From assembly GCA_963776245.1 (NCBI GenBank), contig CAVZLN010000003.1:800001-864000 (forward strand): a stretch of DNA of 64,000 bases. The letters run 5' to 3'. This document shows, piece after piece, positions 18,778 to 28,799 of the stretch. Made by a program: the position numbers and the translations under genes. Numbering within the stretch: position 1 is the stretch's first letter; every line of letters starts with the position of its first letter. Below the pieces are notes generated by a model that was not told the origin of the DNA, searched no databases, and worked only from the letters and a program-made list of their open reading frames with translations. The DNA is from Candidatus Eiseniibacteriota bacterium. Lineage in GTDB: Bacteria; Eisenbacteria; RBG-16-71-46.

Positions 18778-21095
18778 ATGTCGCAAGCCCGGAGGAGACC
18801 GGGGCAGCCCCCACGCTCCCAGGCCGTCCCCGCGTTCGCGGCCGCCGCAATCGTGGCCGTGGCGGGTTGCGGCGTGCTCGCTTTTCTGCCCCCCGACTCG
18901 CGCTCCACCCGCACGTGCTCTACCCGGACTCGCGCTATTGCGTCCCGGTGGACGCGCTCGCGCTGGCCCACCACGACATCGCCTTCGGTGACGGGCATCA
19001 CGTGCTGCTCGGCCGGCTGCTCGACCGCCAGTTCAAGATCGTGTGGCAGGAGAACTACTTCACCCGGGACGTCGCGCCGAGCGCCGCGGTGGACGTGGAC
19101 GGCGATGGCACCGAGGAGTTGTGCCTCTACGCCGGGGACTCCACCGCCGCGTCCGCGTGGGCGCTCGGTGCCGACGGGCGCGAGCGCCTGCGCATCGGGC
19201 TTTCGCGCGAGGCGGCGGCGCGCGCGGGCGTCACGTGGGATGGGAAGATCGCGATCGACGGCGTGCTCGAACGCGAAGGCCGCCGCCTGTTGGTGTGCCG
19301 GCTGACCGCGGGCTTCGCGGGGCACCCGCGCGGTGTGACGCTGATCGATGTCGCGACGCGGGCACGCGAGTGGACCTATGACATGGGGACGTTCCCGGTG
19401 CGCGCCGCGACCGCCGATGTCGACGGCGACGGTGCTTCCGAGGTGCTGGTGACCACCGGCTCGATCGACAATCACGTGTCGGCGAACGGCACCGACGACT
19501 CGCACGACTACGTGATCGCGATCGGCGCGGGGGGCGCGCGCGAGTGGCAGCTCGAGGTGGGCGGCCCGTTCGGGATCAGCCAGGCCGCGGTGCTGCCACC
19601 GGACGCCGAGAACACCGCGCCACGCGTGGTCGCGACCTTCTGCAGCCAGCGCGCGCGGCAGCCGGAGCCCGGGCGCCTCTTCCTGCTCGACGGCCGCACC
19701 GGCCGGGAGATCGATCGCCGCGAGTTCGAACAGGGCCTCGGGGTGCCGCGGCCGTTCGGCGCCGGCGACGGATTCGTGGTGGGCTCGCGGGACGGGATGC
19801 TGCGCGTGTTCGATCATGGCCTGCGCCTGGTGTGCCAGCGCAGCGTGGGCGAGGTGGTCGAGGCCTGGGGGTGCGCGGACGTCGACGGGGACGGCGAGCC
19901 CGAGATCGTGGCGTCCACGCAGGCGGAGGTGCTGGTGCTCGAGCGCGACCTGATGGTGCGCGCACGCATGCCGGTGACCGAACACGAGAACCCCGCCCCG
20001 GTCAGCCTCGCGAGCGCCGGCGTCGGGCATGCGCGCTTCGCGGTCTCCGACGGGCGGGCGATCCTCGTGGACCCCGTCTTCCAGTCGCACCTCGAGGCCC
20101 CCGCGAGCGTCGCGCCGGTGCTCGGGCTCGCGCTCGCCACCGGCCTCGTGGTGCCGTTCGCGCGCCGCGCCCGGCGCCGCGCGCGCCGGCCGTCCGAGCC
20201 CGCGGTGCGCGAGTTCCTGCTCGACTACCACCAGATCCGCCACGAGACCTTCGAGCAGGAGCGTCCCTTCGCGCGGCTGCGCCTGTGGGCGCAGGCGCGC
20301 GCGGCCGGGCATCCGCTGCCCGCGGAGATGCTCGAGAGCGCGTGCGCCGAGTTCGAGCACCTCGGGCTGCCGACGCTGGCCCGGTTCGCCGACCGCGCCG
20401 CGGCGATCCAGGTGGAGCGCGCGCGCGTGCGCAGCATCCGTGCGCGCGGGCGCGAGGTCGTTGCGGCGCTGCAGAAGGCGCGCGCCGCGGGCGACGCCGC
20501 GCGTATCGCCCGGGTGGTCGAGGCGCTGGCCGCCATCGACGCGCTGGCGCAGGACTGCTACGAGGTCTACTGGGAGGTGGTGATGCGCGCGCCGTGCCGC
20601 GCCACCGTGGTGGCGGCCGAGGCGATGCTGGCCAAGGCCATCCTGCTCGAGCGCGGGACGATCCGCACCCGCTACGATGCCGATCCGCACGCCCGGGAGC
20701 CCGTGCTGTTCGACCCGGACGAACTCCGCGCGCTGATCGGGGAGCTGGTCGAGAACTCCGCGCGGGCCCTGGTCGGATCGCCGGACGCGGCGCTCGAGGT
20801 CTCGGTCCGGGAGCATCCGGTCGATCCGCGCCGCGTCGTGATCTCGGTGAGCGACAACGGCCCCGGCCTCGCGCCGGACCAGCACGCGCGGCTCTTCACC
20901 CCCGAGGGCTCGACCCGGGAGGGGGGCGGCTTCGGGCTCTATCACGCGCGCGAGGTCGCGCGCCGCTGGCTCGCCGACCTCACGGTCGCGGACCCGCCGT
21001 CCGGACGCGGTCTCGCCGTGCAGCTGGTGGTGCTCGCATGTCGCGTGGTCGATCGCCGGGGCGGCGCGGCGGCCGGGAAGGAGCCGGGGGCATGA
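18778..21095 (+). CDS. Sensor histidine kinase with extracytoplasmic FG-GAP/beta-propeller domain; -1 frameshift in the C6 run at 18889-18894
   Basis: N-terminal TM in the 18769 frame; three DVDGDG repeats, a second TM and HATPase (ELVENS, SVSDNGPG, GGGFGL) in the 18705 frame. One extra C restores a single ORF. Confidence 0.75.
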
Positions 21096-22153
21096 AGCCA
21101 CGGGTGCTGATCGTCGAGGACGACGCCGAGCGCGGACAGGTCGTGCACAGCGTATTGGCGACCGACTGCGACTGCCACGTGGTCGGCACCGCGGAAGAGG
21201 CCTTCGCCGCCATCGGCCGCGCCGGCTGGGAGGCCGCGGTGGTGGACTACGACCTCGCCCGCGGCGGCAGCGGCCTGGAAGTCCTGCAGGCCCTGCGCGA
21301 GGCCTCGCCGGGCTCGCTGCGGGTGCTCTACACGGTGTACTTCACCGACAGCCTGATGCGCGACATCGACCGCCTCGCGCATCCGCACGCCATCGTGGAC
21401 GCGCGTCCGGTGGACTTCCTCAACCGGCTGCGCGACGCGCTCGGCCAGTTGCTCGTGGTCGAGCCGGCGCACGCCGCGGCCGCGTCACCCGATCCGCACG
21501 GGCTGTGGTGCGGGGTGGCGCCCCCCACGGTGCGCTTCCTCGCCGACCTGAGATCCGCCGCTGAGAGCGACGCCGCGGTGTTCCTGGAGGGCGAACCGGG
21601 GGCGGGCTCGACGCAGGCCGCCAATCTGCTGCGCGAGTGGCGCGCGGCCTGGCGGTCGCGGACCGCCCGCACGGAGTGCGCCCTGCTGCCCGCCGTGATC
21701 CTGCGCGTGCCGCCCCTGCGCGAGCGGCGCCAGGACATCCCGGCGCTCGCGCGCCGCTATCTGCTGGAGCACGCCCGCGCGACCGGCGAGCGGCCGCACG
21801 TGCTCGCGAACGAGGCGATCGAGGAACTGGCGCGGCGCGACTGGCGCGGCAATCTGCCGGAGCTGCACGGCGTGGTCACCCGCGCGTGCCTGAAGGCGGG
21901 CGCGCGCGCGCGGATCGGCGTCGGCGACCTGCCGCACGATCATCAGCCGGCGTGGCGCCCGTCGCAGTACGCGAAGGACGATGGCCAGCGCGAGTGCGTG
22001 CTGCGCCAATTGCGCACGGCCCGCAATGTGAGCGGCGCGGCGCGGCTCGAAGGCTGTTCGCGCGCGAACTACATCCGCATGATGCGGCGCCTCGGCGTGC
22101 TGCGCGCCGACGTCTCCGCCGACGTGGCGCTCGAGGGGGACGAGGAGGCGTAG
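21092..22153 (+). CDS. NtrC-like response regulator with REC domain, internally deleted AAA+ domain and Fis-type HTH
   Basis: VLIVEDD...VVDY; VFLEGEPGAGST followed about 30 aa later by LRVPPLRERRQDIP and WRGNLPEL; NVSGAARLEGCSR HTH; ATGA overlap with the kinase. Confidence 0.8.
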   Translation: MKPRVLIVEDDAERGQVVHSVLATDCDCHVVGTAEEAFAAIGRAGWEAAVVDYDLARGGSGLEVLQALREASPGSLRVLYTVYFTDSLMRDIDRLAHPHAIVDARPVDFLNRLRDALGQLLVVEPAHAAAASPDPHGLWCGVAPPTVRFLADLRSAAESDAAVFLEGEPGAGSTQAANLLREWRAAWRSRTARTECALLPAVILRVPPLRERRQDIPALARRYLLEHARATGERPHVLANEAIEELARRDWRGNLPELHGVVTRACLKAGARARIGVGDLPHDHQPAWRPSQYAKDDGQRECVLRQLRTARNVSGAARLEGCSRANYIRMMRRLGVLRADVSADVALEGDEEA

Positions 22154-22176
22154 GAACGGAGGCGCGGCGCGCGCGG

Positions 22177-23040
22177 CTACGGCCGGATCGCGCGCACCTT
22201 CACCGACGAGACCACCTCGAACGCGCGGCGCTCCGGGCTGCCTTCCGGCAGCGCGTCGGAGCCCACCGTGTAGCCGCTCTCGGCCAGCACCTCGACCTGC
22301 GCGAAGCCCGCCTCGCGCATCAGCCGCAGGTAGTCCTCGCGCAGCGACGCGCCCGAGACGCAGCCCACGTAGAGCGCCACCGAGCGCTTCAGCTCCTCGC
22401 CGAGCGGCTCGAGCAGCACCAGGTCGCTCACCATCAGGACGCCGCCGGGCTTGAGCGCGCGCAGTGCCTCGCGGAACACCTGCGGCTTGTCCGGGGAGAG
22501 GTTGACCACGCAATTCGAGATGATCACGTCCACGCTCGCGTCGGCCACCGGCAGGTGCTCGATCTCGCCGAGCCGGAACTCCACGTTCTCCAGCGTCGTC
22601 TTCTTCGCGTTGGCACGCGCCTTCTCGATCATCGCCGGCGTCATGTCCACGCCGATCACGTGCCCGGCCGGGCCGACCTCGCGGGCGGCGAGGAAGCAGT
22701 CGATGCCGGCCCCCGAGCCCAGGTCGAGCACGGTCATGCCGGGCTTCAGCGCCGCGAACGCCAGCGGATTGCCGCACCCGAGACCGAGGTTCGCGCCCGC
22801 CGGCAGCGCCGCGATCTGCTCTGGCGAGTAGCCGAGCTGCGCGACCACTGTGTCGGCGTCCACGCTCGCGCAGCAGCCGGCGAGGCTCGCCTGGCCCTGG
22901 GCCACCGCACCGTACTTCTCGCGCACCACGGTGCGCGGATCGGCGCCGGGGGCGAGCGTCTCGCCCTGGTCGCCGCAGCCGCAGCCGGCGACGGAGTGGA
23001 CGGAGAGGAAGGGATTCGGGACCGGCCGGGTGTCGCTCAT
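22177..23040 (-). CDS. arsM: Arsenite S-adenosylmethionine methyltransferase
   Basis: VREKYG, CC, GLGCGNP, VLDLGSGAGIDCF, ISNCVVNLSPDK, YVGCVSGA (the conserved Cys set). Confidence 0.92.
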   Translation of the reverse strand: MSDTRPVPNPFLSVHSVAGCGCGDQGETLAPGADPRTVVREKYGAVAQGQASLAGCCASVDADTVVAQLGYSPEQIAALPAGANLGLGCGNPLAFAALKPGMTVLDLGSGAGIDCFLAAREVGPAGHVIGVDMTPAMIEKARANAKKTTLENVEFRLGEIEHLPVADASVDVIISNCVVNLSPDKPQVFREALRALKPGGVLMVSDLVLLEPLGEELKRSVALYVGCVSGASLREDYLRLMREAGFAQVEVLAESGYTVGSDALPEGSPERRAFEVVSSVKVRAIRP

Positions 23041-23258
23041 GACGTCCTCAGGATGCTCGGGGATCGGGCGGGCCGTGGGCCCCGTGCCCACACGCGCTCC
23101 GGCATCCGACCCTACGCTGCGCCCCCGGGTGGCACAAGCGCCCGACCGGTCCGCTGGGCCTCCACGTGCCGGTTCTTGCAGTGGCCTGACACCCGGCCGG
23201 CCCCGCGCCTCGGGCGACTCCGCGCTTCGGGTCATCGCGCCGTCGTCCTTGCGTATCG

Positions 23259-23288
23259 TTGACGCTTCGCGACGCGCCTCTCTATACT
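23259..23288 (+). promoter_or_regulatory. sigma70-like promoter TTGACG-N18-TATACT
   Basis: Near-consensus hexamers upstream of the enoyl-CoA hydratase gene. Confidence 0.6.
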
Positions 23289-23373
23289 CCGCCCCCTCGG
23301 ACCCCACCCGCGAGTCCTGCGGCCCGCCGCGGCCGACCCGTCCCGCGATCCACACCCCACAGGAGAACCCAGG

Positions 23374-24201
23374 ATGGAAGCCACCAAGTCCCGGCTCGTG
23401 GACTATCGGGCTCAGGGCGGCGTCGCCGTCATCGAGCTCACGAACGCGCCGATGAACTGCTACACCTTCGAGATGATGGCCCAGTTGGACGACGCCATCC
23501 TCAAGGCGCGCTTCGACGACGACGTGTACGTCATCGTGCTGCGCGGGGCGGGCGAGAAGGTCTTCTGCGCCGGCGCTGACATCAACATGCTCAATTCGGT
23601 CACGCCCGGCTTCAAGTACTACTTCTGCCTGCACGCCAACGAGACCCTCAACCGGCTCGAGCACACGCCCAAGCTGGTGATCGCGGCGATGAACGGCCAC
23701 ACCGTGGGCGGCGGGCTCGAGATCGCGATGGCCGCCGATCTCCGGGTGGCGTTCAAGAACACCACTCTCCCGGTCGAGAAGCAGGGCAAGATCGGCCTGC
23801 CCGAGGTCACCCTCGGCGTGCTCCCCGGGACCGGCGGCACCCAGCGCCTGGCGCGGCTGGTGAACAAGTCGAAGGCGATCGAACTGATGGTGACCGGCGA
23901 CCTGCTCACGCTCGAGCAGGCGAAGGAGATGGACATCATCAACCGGATCGTCGAGGCGGCGTCGGTGGACGAGTTCATGAAGAAGGTCATGGACTTCGCC
24001 GCGAGCTTCTGCCCGCCCCACAAGGCGGCGAAGGCGGTCGGACGCATCAAGCGCTCGGTGCAGAGCGGCTCCGAGGTCCCGTTCGAATCGGCGCTCGCGA
24101 TCGAGCGCGAGCTGCAGCAGCAGCTGTTCCAGAGCGAGGACGCGAAGGAAGGCATCGCCGCGTACGTCGGCAAGCGCAAGGCCGAGTTCAAGGGCCGCTA
24201 G
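23374..24201 (+). CDS. Enoyl-CoA hydratase/isomerase (crotonase) family protein
   Basis: FCAGADI, GGGLEIAMAAD, GLPEVTLGVLPGTGGTQRL. Confidence 0.94.
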   Translation: MEATKSRLVDYRAQGGVAVIELTNAPMNCYTFEMMAQLDDAILKARFDDDVYVIVLRGAGEKVFCAGADINMLNSVTPGFKYYFCLHANETLNRLEHTPKLVIAAMNGHTVGGGLEIAMAADLRVAFKNTTLPVEKQGKIGLPEVTLGVLPGTGGTQRLARLVNKSKAIELMVTGDLLTLEQAKEMDIINRIVEAASVDEFMKKVMDFAASFCPPHKAAKAVGRIKRSVQSGSEVPFESALAIERELQQQLFQSEDAKEGIAAYVGKRKAEFKGR

Positions 24202-24221
24202 CCCGCGGCACGGCGTGCTCG

Positions 24222-24251
24222 AGCCCCGTCGCCCGCGAGGGCGGCGGGGCT
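24222..24251. terminator. Hairpin between convergent genes
   Basis: AGCCCCGTCGCCC-gcga-GGGCGGCGGGGCT followed by TT. Confidence 0.6.
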
Positions 24252-24283
24252 TTGCCACGGGTGGACGCGGGCGCACCCCGCGC

Positions 24284-24985
24284 TCAGGGCAGGCGCAGGA
24301 TCCCCAGATCGGTCCGCGCGATGCGGGCCTCCCCGCGGAGCGCCGCGACCCTCCAGAGCAGCGTGTCCCCGGAGGCGGCGCCGGCCACGGCGCCGGGCGC
24401 CAGCACGAGGACGGTCTCTCGCGCCGTCCCCAGGACGGCCAGCGCGCGCAGCTCAGGAGAATACAGGCGCACCTCGTAGCGATCGGCCCCTTGGACGGCG
24501 CGCCAGCGCAGCTCGACGCGGCCGCCCGCGCGTGTCGTCGGCGCCATCCGCACCATCCCGCTGTCGGGGCCACCGCTCGCCTGCCCGCGCAGGACGCCGC
24601 TGGCGTGCTCCAGCCCGCCCGGACGCTGCACCAGGAGCACCCCCGCCACCACCAGCGCCGCCGCCGCGAACGCGACCGCGGGTGCGCCGAACCAGCCCCA
24701 CGGTCCTCGCGTCCGCGCGCGCTCGTGGCGCACGCGTCCCGGGTCCAGCACGTGGCCGGTCGCGTCGTCCGGCGCGACCTCGCGGGCGAGGAACTCGGCC
24801 AGCCGGTCTTCGGCATCGCGCAGCTCGGCGGCTGGAAGGTGCGCGGGCGGCGCGATGAACTGCTGGTGGCGCACGTGCAGCGTGCGGCAGCGCGGGCACG
24901 CGTCCAGGTGGCGGCGCCGCGGGTCGTCCTCCGGCAGCCGCGATGCCGCGGCGATCTCGGCCAGGGTGAGATGGCGGCCGCTCAT
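24284..24985 (-). CDS. Putative zinc-binding (ZAS) transmembrane anti-sigma factor
   Basis: N-terminal H...HLDACPRC (HxxxCxxC), one TM helix, then VLRG and a small beta-rich extracytoplasmic domain; ATGA overlap with the sigma gene. Confidence 0.82.
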   Translation of the reverse strand: MSGRHLTLAEIAAASRLPEDDPRRRHLDACPRCRTLHVRHQQFIAPPAHLPAAELRDAEDRLAEFLAREVAPDDATGHVLDPGRVRHERARTRGPWGWFGAPAVAFAAAALVVAGVLLVQRPGGLEHASGVLRGQASGGPDSGMVRMAPTTRAGGRVELRWRAVQGADRYEVRLYSPELRALAVLGTARETVLVLAPGAVAGAASGDTLLWRVAALRGEARIARTDLGILRLP

Positions 24986-25581
24986 GGGGAGCCTCGCGTC
25001 TCGTCGGCGGCCCGCGCGGCCCATGCCGCGCGCATCTTCCGCCGCGCGGTCTGGAGCAGTCCGCGCGCGCCCGAGACCGTGGCGATACCCAGCGTGCGCG
25101 TGATGTCGTCCACCGAGGCCTCCTCCACATGGCGTAGCCAGAGTGCGTCCTGCTCCTGCGGCGTCAGCGTCTCGCTCATGACTCGCAGGAGGTCCTCGTG
25201 GGCCCGGCGCCGTTCGAACCGCGCGTCGGGACCGGCGCCCGGGTCCACGACCCGCTCGACGACGGCGCCCTCGTCGCGCACCAGCCGCCGCGGCCGCATC
25301 GCGCGGATGCACTGCCGGCGCGCGATCACGAACAACCAGGCCGAGAAGGGAGCGCGGGACTCGAAGCCCGCGAGGGCGCGGTAAGCGATCATGAGCACTT
25401 CCTGTGACAGGTCCAGCGCGCGCTCGTGGTCACGCACGTAGCGTCGGCACCATCCGTACACCCGCCCCCGATAGCGCCCCAGCAGCCACGACGCGGCGCG
25501 GCGGCCCGCGGGCCCATGCGGGTCCTGCCGGGCACATCGTGCCAGCTCGTCGTCGGGGATCGCAGGGTCGTCCCGAGTCAT
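24982..25581 (-). CDS. ECF RNA polymerase sigma factor
   Basis: Region 2 ALDLSQEVL...FSAWLFVIARRQC; region 4 LTPQEQDALWLRH...ARRKMR. Start 25581 preferred over 25599 because of promoter position. Confidence 0.9.
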   Translation of the reverse strand: MTRDDPAIPDDELARCARQDPHGPAGRRAASWLLGRYRGRVYGWCRRYVRDHERALDLSQEVLMIAYRALAGFESRAPFSAWLFVIARRQCIRAMRPRRLVRDEGAVVERVVDPGAGPDARFERRRAHEDLLRVMSETLTPQEQDALWLRHVEEASVDDITRTLGIATVSGARGLLQTARRKMRAAWAARAADETRGSP

Positions 25582-25585
25582 GCGT

Positions 25586-25615
25586 ACGGAGGCTCCCATG
25601 GGGCGGGAATCACAC
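25586..25615 (-). promoter_or_regulatory. Putative ECF autoregulatory promoter GTGTGATTC-N13-GCCTCCGT
   Basis: Same motif with identical spacing recurs at 28645-28674. Confidence 0.6.
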
Positions 25616-28495
25616 CCCGCGTCGCGCCGGCGCGGCGCGCTTCGCGTGGCGGCTCCACCCCCAGCCTACGCCCAGCAGTGCGAGCGCCGCAGCCATGGAT
25701 GCGAGCGCCCCGCCGACCGGGAAGCGGCGCTCGAGCGCGACCCGCGCGTCCCCGTCGCCGATCAGCAGGTAGCCAGCCCAGTAGAACGGAGACGCGGTCG
25801 CGGATCGGTGCGCGACCCGCAACTGCGCGTGACGCAGCGCGTGCGCCACGGTCTCGCCGCGGGCGAGGCCGGCATAGAAGTCCTTCATGAGTGTCGCCGC
25901 GACCTGGTCGTCCACCGGCCACAGCGCCACCACCACCGTGCGCACGCCGGCGCTCAGGAAGGCGGTCCCCAGTCCCTGGATGCCCTCGCCCCAGGCGATC
26001 CGCCCGCCACCCGATTCGCAGCCCGAGAGCACCGCCAGCCTCGCAGGCAGCCGCATCGCGGCGATCGCGTTCGCGCGCAGCCAGGGGTCCGCGCCCATCA
26101 CCGCCGAGTCGGGGCCCGCGGTCGCGCTCCCGGCGGCGGCCGCGCCCGGCTCCCCGACCGGCCCGAGCAGCACGCCGGAGTTCCAGGGGCGTTGGTCGTC
26201 CACCATCGTGTGCGCGGCGAGGTGGAGCACCTGATAGCGCCCCAGCTCCCGGGCGCTCAGCGGGGGCACCGGCCCGGCGCCGAAGACGCGCACGTCGGAG
26301 CCGGCGAATCCGCGACCGAGCGCGCGCACCTCGGCCACCGCGCCGGCCAGCCGGCGGCCGCGGAAGTCGGTCGCCCCGCCGAGCGCCAGCAACGCGCGCT
26401 CGGTCGGCACGAGCGCGCGCGCCCGCGACCCGGCGAGCAACGTCGCCGAGGGCACGCGGATCACCTCGCGGTGCTCGAGGAGCGCCGACTCCTCGGCCGC
26501 GCCCCCGGGCGCGAGCGGCAGCTCGCCGAACGCGATCCCATTGAGCGGGCCGTCCGGCGCCACGATCACCCGGTGACTGCTCGCCACCAGGTCCGCCACT
26601 CCCCCGAGCAGCCGCTCACTCAGGCTGCGCGCGGCGCGACGCCGCACCGCCTCCAGCGCGGCGTCGCGCGGTTCCGCGGGGGGGGTGGCCACGATCTCCC
26701 GATAGAGCTGCACCGCCATGGCCAGCGAGTCCGCCGCGGGCAGGTGCACGACACGGACTCCGCGGGCCGTGATGGCGAACAGCCACGCGTCCTCGCGGCC
26801 CACGAACGCGTCGAGCAACAGCTGGCCCTCGTCGAGCACGCGACCCTGCAGCTCGCGCAGGGTCACCGGAGGGCGCGGCTCCGGGAGCGCGCCGGCGGGA
26901 CCCGCCATGCGCTCGAGCAGCGTGCGCGCCTTGAACTGTTGCAGCACGTCGTAGGCGCCGGCCACGGCGACCGAGTCCGGCACGCCGGCACGCGGCGGGA
27001 GCAGCGCGCGCCCGAGCGCGAAGCAGAGCTCCTCCGCCAGTTCGCCGCGGCGTACCCGCCACGCCGGGTCCGTGGGCACCCTGCGCTCGGTCTCCCACAG
27101 GCGCTCGGCCCGCCGCAGCACGCTCCGCGCGCTGTCCGCGCGGCCGAGGTCCCAGTCGCACCGGCCCGCCCCGGTGAGCGCGTCGAGACGGGCGCCCGCG
27201 AGTCCCGAAGCGAGCGCGGAGCGCTCCGCGCGCGCGAAGGACGCGTGCGCTTGCTCGGTCCGGCCGAGCGCGCGCAGCAGGTGCCCGGTCTGCAGGTCGA
27301 GCCGGACGCGCGACTCGACCGAGAGACGCGCGCGCAGCGGCGCGGCCTCGCGCGTCAGCACCGCGAGCCCCTCGGATCCGCGGCCCAGCGCGCCGTGCGC
27401 GGAGGAGATCCGGAGCACGGCCTCGAAACGGTACTCCGGCTCGAGGCCGCCGCGCAGGGCGAGGCAGCGCCGCAGGATCCGGATGGACTCCTCGTGCCGT
27501 CCCTGGGTACCGCGGATGGAGGCGAGCTGGAGCAGCGTGTGGATCTGCCCGCCCGGATGGTCCTGCTCCACGTCCAGCGCGAGCAATTCCTCCAGTCGGC
27601 GCGCCGCCTCGTCGAAGTGACCGAGATCGGCCTCGGCGATGGCCACGTTGGCGGCCGAGCGCTGCATCTCGTCGATGGCTCCGAGCTGCCGGTAGATGCC
27701 GACCGCCTGCTGCCACTGGCGCACGGCCTGCGCTGGATCGCCGACCTGGTACTCGAGCGTGCCGAGGTTGTTGATGGCATCGGCCTGCTGCATGCGGGCA
27801 TCGAGGCGCCCGGCGAGGCGCACGATCGCCTCGTAGCTCCGCCGCGCCTCCGCGAACTCGCCCAGCGCCCCGTGGGCGCGCGCGAGCCCGACCATCGGAG
27901 TGAGCGCGGCACGTTCATCGCCCGCTCGCCGCAGGCATTCCACCGCCCTGCGGTAGCCGTCCCGGGAGGCCGCGAGGCGCCCCGCCGCCAGGTCGCCATA
28001 GGCGAGCGCGGTGCGCGCGAAGCCTTCGTTGCGCGCGTCGCGGGCGGGCACCGCGAGCGCGAGCAGGCGCGTGTAGAGCCGCGTTGCTTCGTCGGGTCGC
28101 ATGCGGGCCAGGTAGGAGTACGCCAGCCAGCGCAACGCCGTGCGCAGCACCGAGGAATCTCCAAGGGCCGCGGCCAGCTCCATCGCCGGGCGCGCCGCCG
28201 CCTCGGACTGCGCGGCGCGGCCGGTGAGTCCCAGGCCGGCGGCCCGGCGCAGCTGGACCTCCATGGTCAGATTGCGGTCGCCGCGGCGGCGGGCCTGCGC
28301 GAGCAGCGGTTCGAGCACCACCAGCGCGGAGTCCGCCCGCCAGTTCCTCGCCAGCGAGTCCGCCCGCTGGAGGATCGCGACCGCCCGGGGATCGGCCGGC
28401 GTCCGCGCGCGCGCGGTCGCCGTCGGGAGCAATGCCAGCAGGGCCGCGAGCGCCAGCGGCAGGTGTGCTCCGGGTCGCCGGGCTCGAGGTCTCAA
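25610..28495 (-). CDS. TPR-repeat CHAT-domain (caspase-like) protease with signal peptide and C-terminal membrane anchor
   Basis: Signal-like LPLALAALLALLPTATARA; TPR helices (NNLGTL); CHAT motifs IVAPDGPL, VLHLAAH, VLSGCESG, ALWPVDD, PFYWAGY; C-terminal hydrophobic helix plus basic tail. TTG start uncertain. Confidence 0.9.
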   Translation of the reverse strand: MRPRARRPGAHLPLALAALLALLPTATARARTPADPRAVAILQRADSLARNWRADSALVVLEPLLAQARRRGDRNLTMEVQLRRAAGLGLTGRAAQSEAAARPAMELAAALGDSSVLRTALRWLAYSYLARMRPDEATRLYTRLLALAVPARDARNEGFARTALAYGDLAAGRLAASRDGYRRAVECLRRAGDERAALTPMVGLARAHGALGEFAEARRSYEAIVRLAGRLDARMQQADAINNLGTLEYQVGDPAQAVRQWQQAVGIYRQLGAIDEMQRSAANVAIAEADLGHFDEAARRLEELLALDVEQDHPGGQIHTLLQLASIRGTQGRHEESIRILRRCLALRGGLEPEYRFEAVLRISSAHGALGRGSEGLAVLTREAAPLRARLSVESRVRLDLQTGHLLRALGRTEQAHASFARAERSALASGLAGARLDALTGAGRCDWDLGRADSARSVLRRAERLWETERRVPTDPAWRVRRGELAEELCFALGRALLPPRAGVPDSVAVAGAYDVLQQFKARTLLERMAGPAGALPEPRPPVTLRELQGRVLDEGQLLLDAFVGREDAWLFAITARGVRVVHLPAADSLAMAVQLYREIVATPPAEPRDAALEAVRRRAARSLSERLLGGVADLVASSHRVIVAPDGPLNGIAFGELPLAPGGAAEESALLEHREVIRVPSATLLAGSRARALVPTERALLALGGATDFRGRRLAGAVAEVRALGRGFAGSDVRVFGAGPVPPLSARELGRYQVLHLAAHTMVDDQRPWNSGVLLGPVGEPGAAAAGSATAGPDSAVMGADPWLRANAIAAMRLPARLAVLSGCESGGGRIAWGEGIQGLGTAFLSAGVRTVVVALWPVDDQVAATLMKDFYAGLARGETVAHALRHAQLRVAHRSATASPFYWAGYLLIGDGDARVALERRFPVGGALASMAAALALLGVGWGWSRHAKRAAPARRGV

Positions 28496-28644
28496 GGCTC
28501 GTCCATGGCGGCACCGTGGCGAGGCGGGATGCGCGCGCCGGTGCCTGCCGGGCTGCGGGGGCCATCGTCCGGGCTCGGGAGCGGCGCGTCAAGGTCCGGG
28601 GGTGGCCCGCCGCGCTGGGATGGCCCCTGGTCCCGCGAGACGCC

Positions 28645-28674
28645 GTGTGATTCGCCGGTGGATCCTGCCTCTGT
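28645..28674 (+). promoter_or_regulatory. Putative ECF target promoter GTGTGATTC-N13-GCCTCTGT
   Basis: Matches the motif upstream of the ECF sigma gene. Confidence 0.6.
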
Positions 28675-28799
28675 GGATGCGTCGACCATGCCGCTTCCCC
28701 CCGCACAGCCGGGGGGCGGTGGCTCCAGCACCGGCGGGCGCGCCCATGGCGGGCCCGGCCAGCCGAGCACCTCGAGACGCCGCCCCAGCGGGAGAGACC

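Noticed and set aside
22177..23040. Arsenic resistance island or mobile element
   Set aside because: arsM stands alone, with no arsR/B/C, transposase, integrase or flanking repeats.
24284..28495. Type III-E CRISPR (Craspase) locus suggested by TPR-CHAT plus sigma
   Set aside because: No cas genes or repeat-spacer array are in the window, and this CHAT protein has a signal peptide and a TM anchor.
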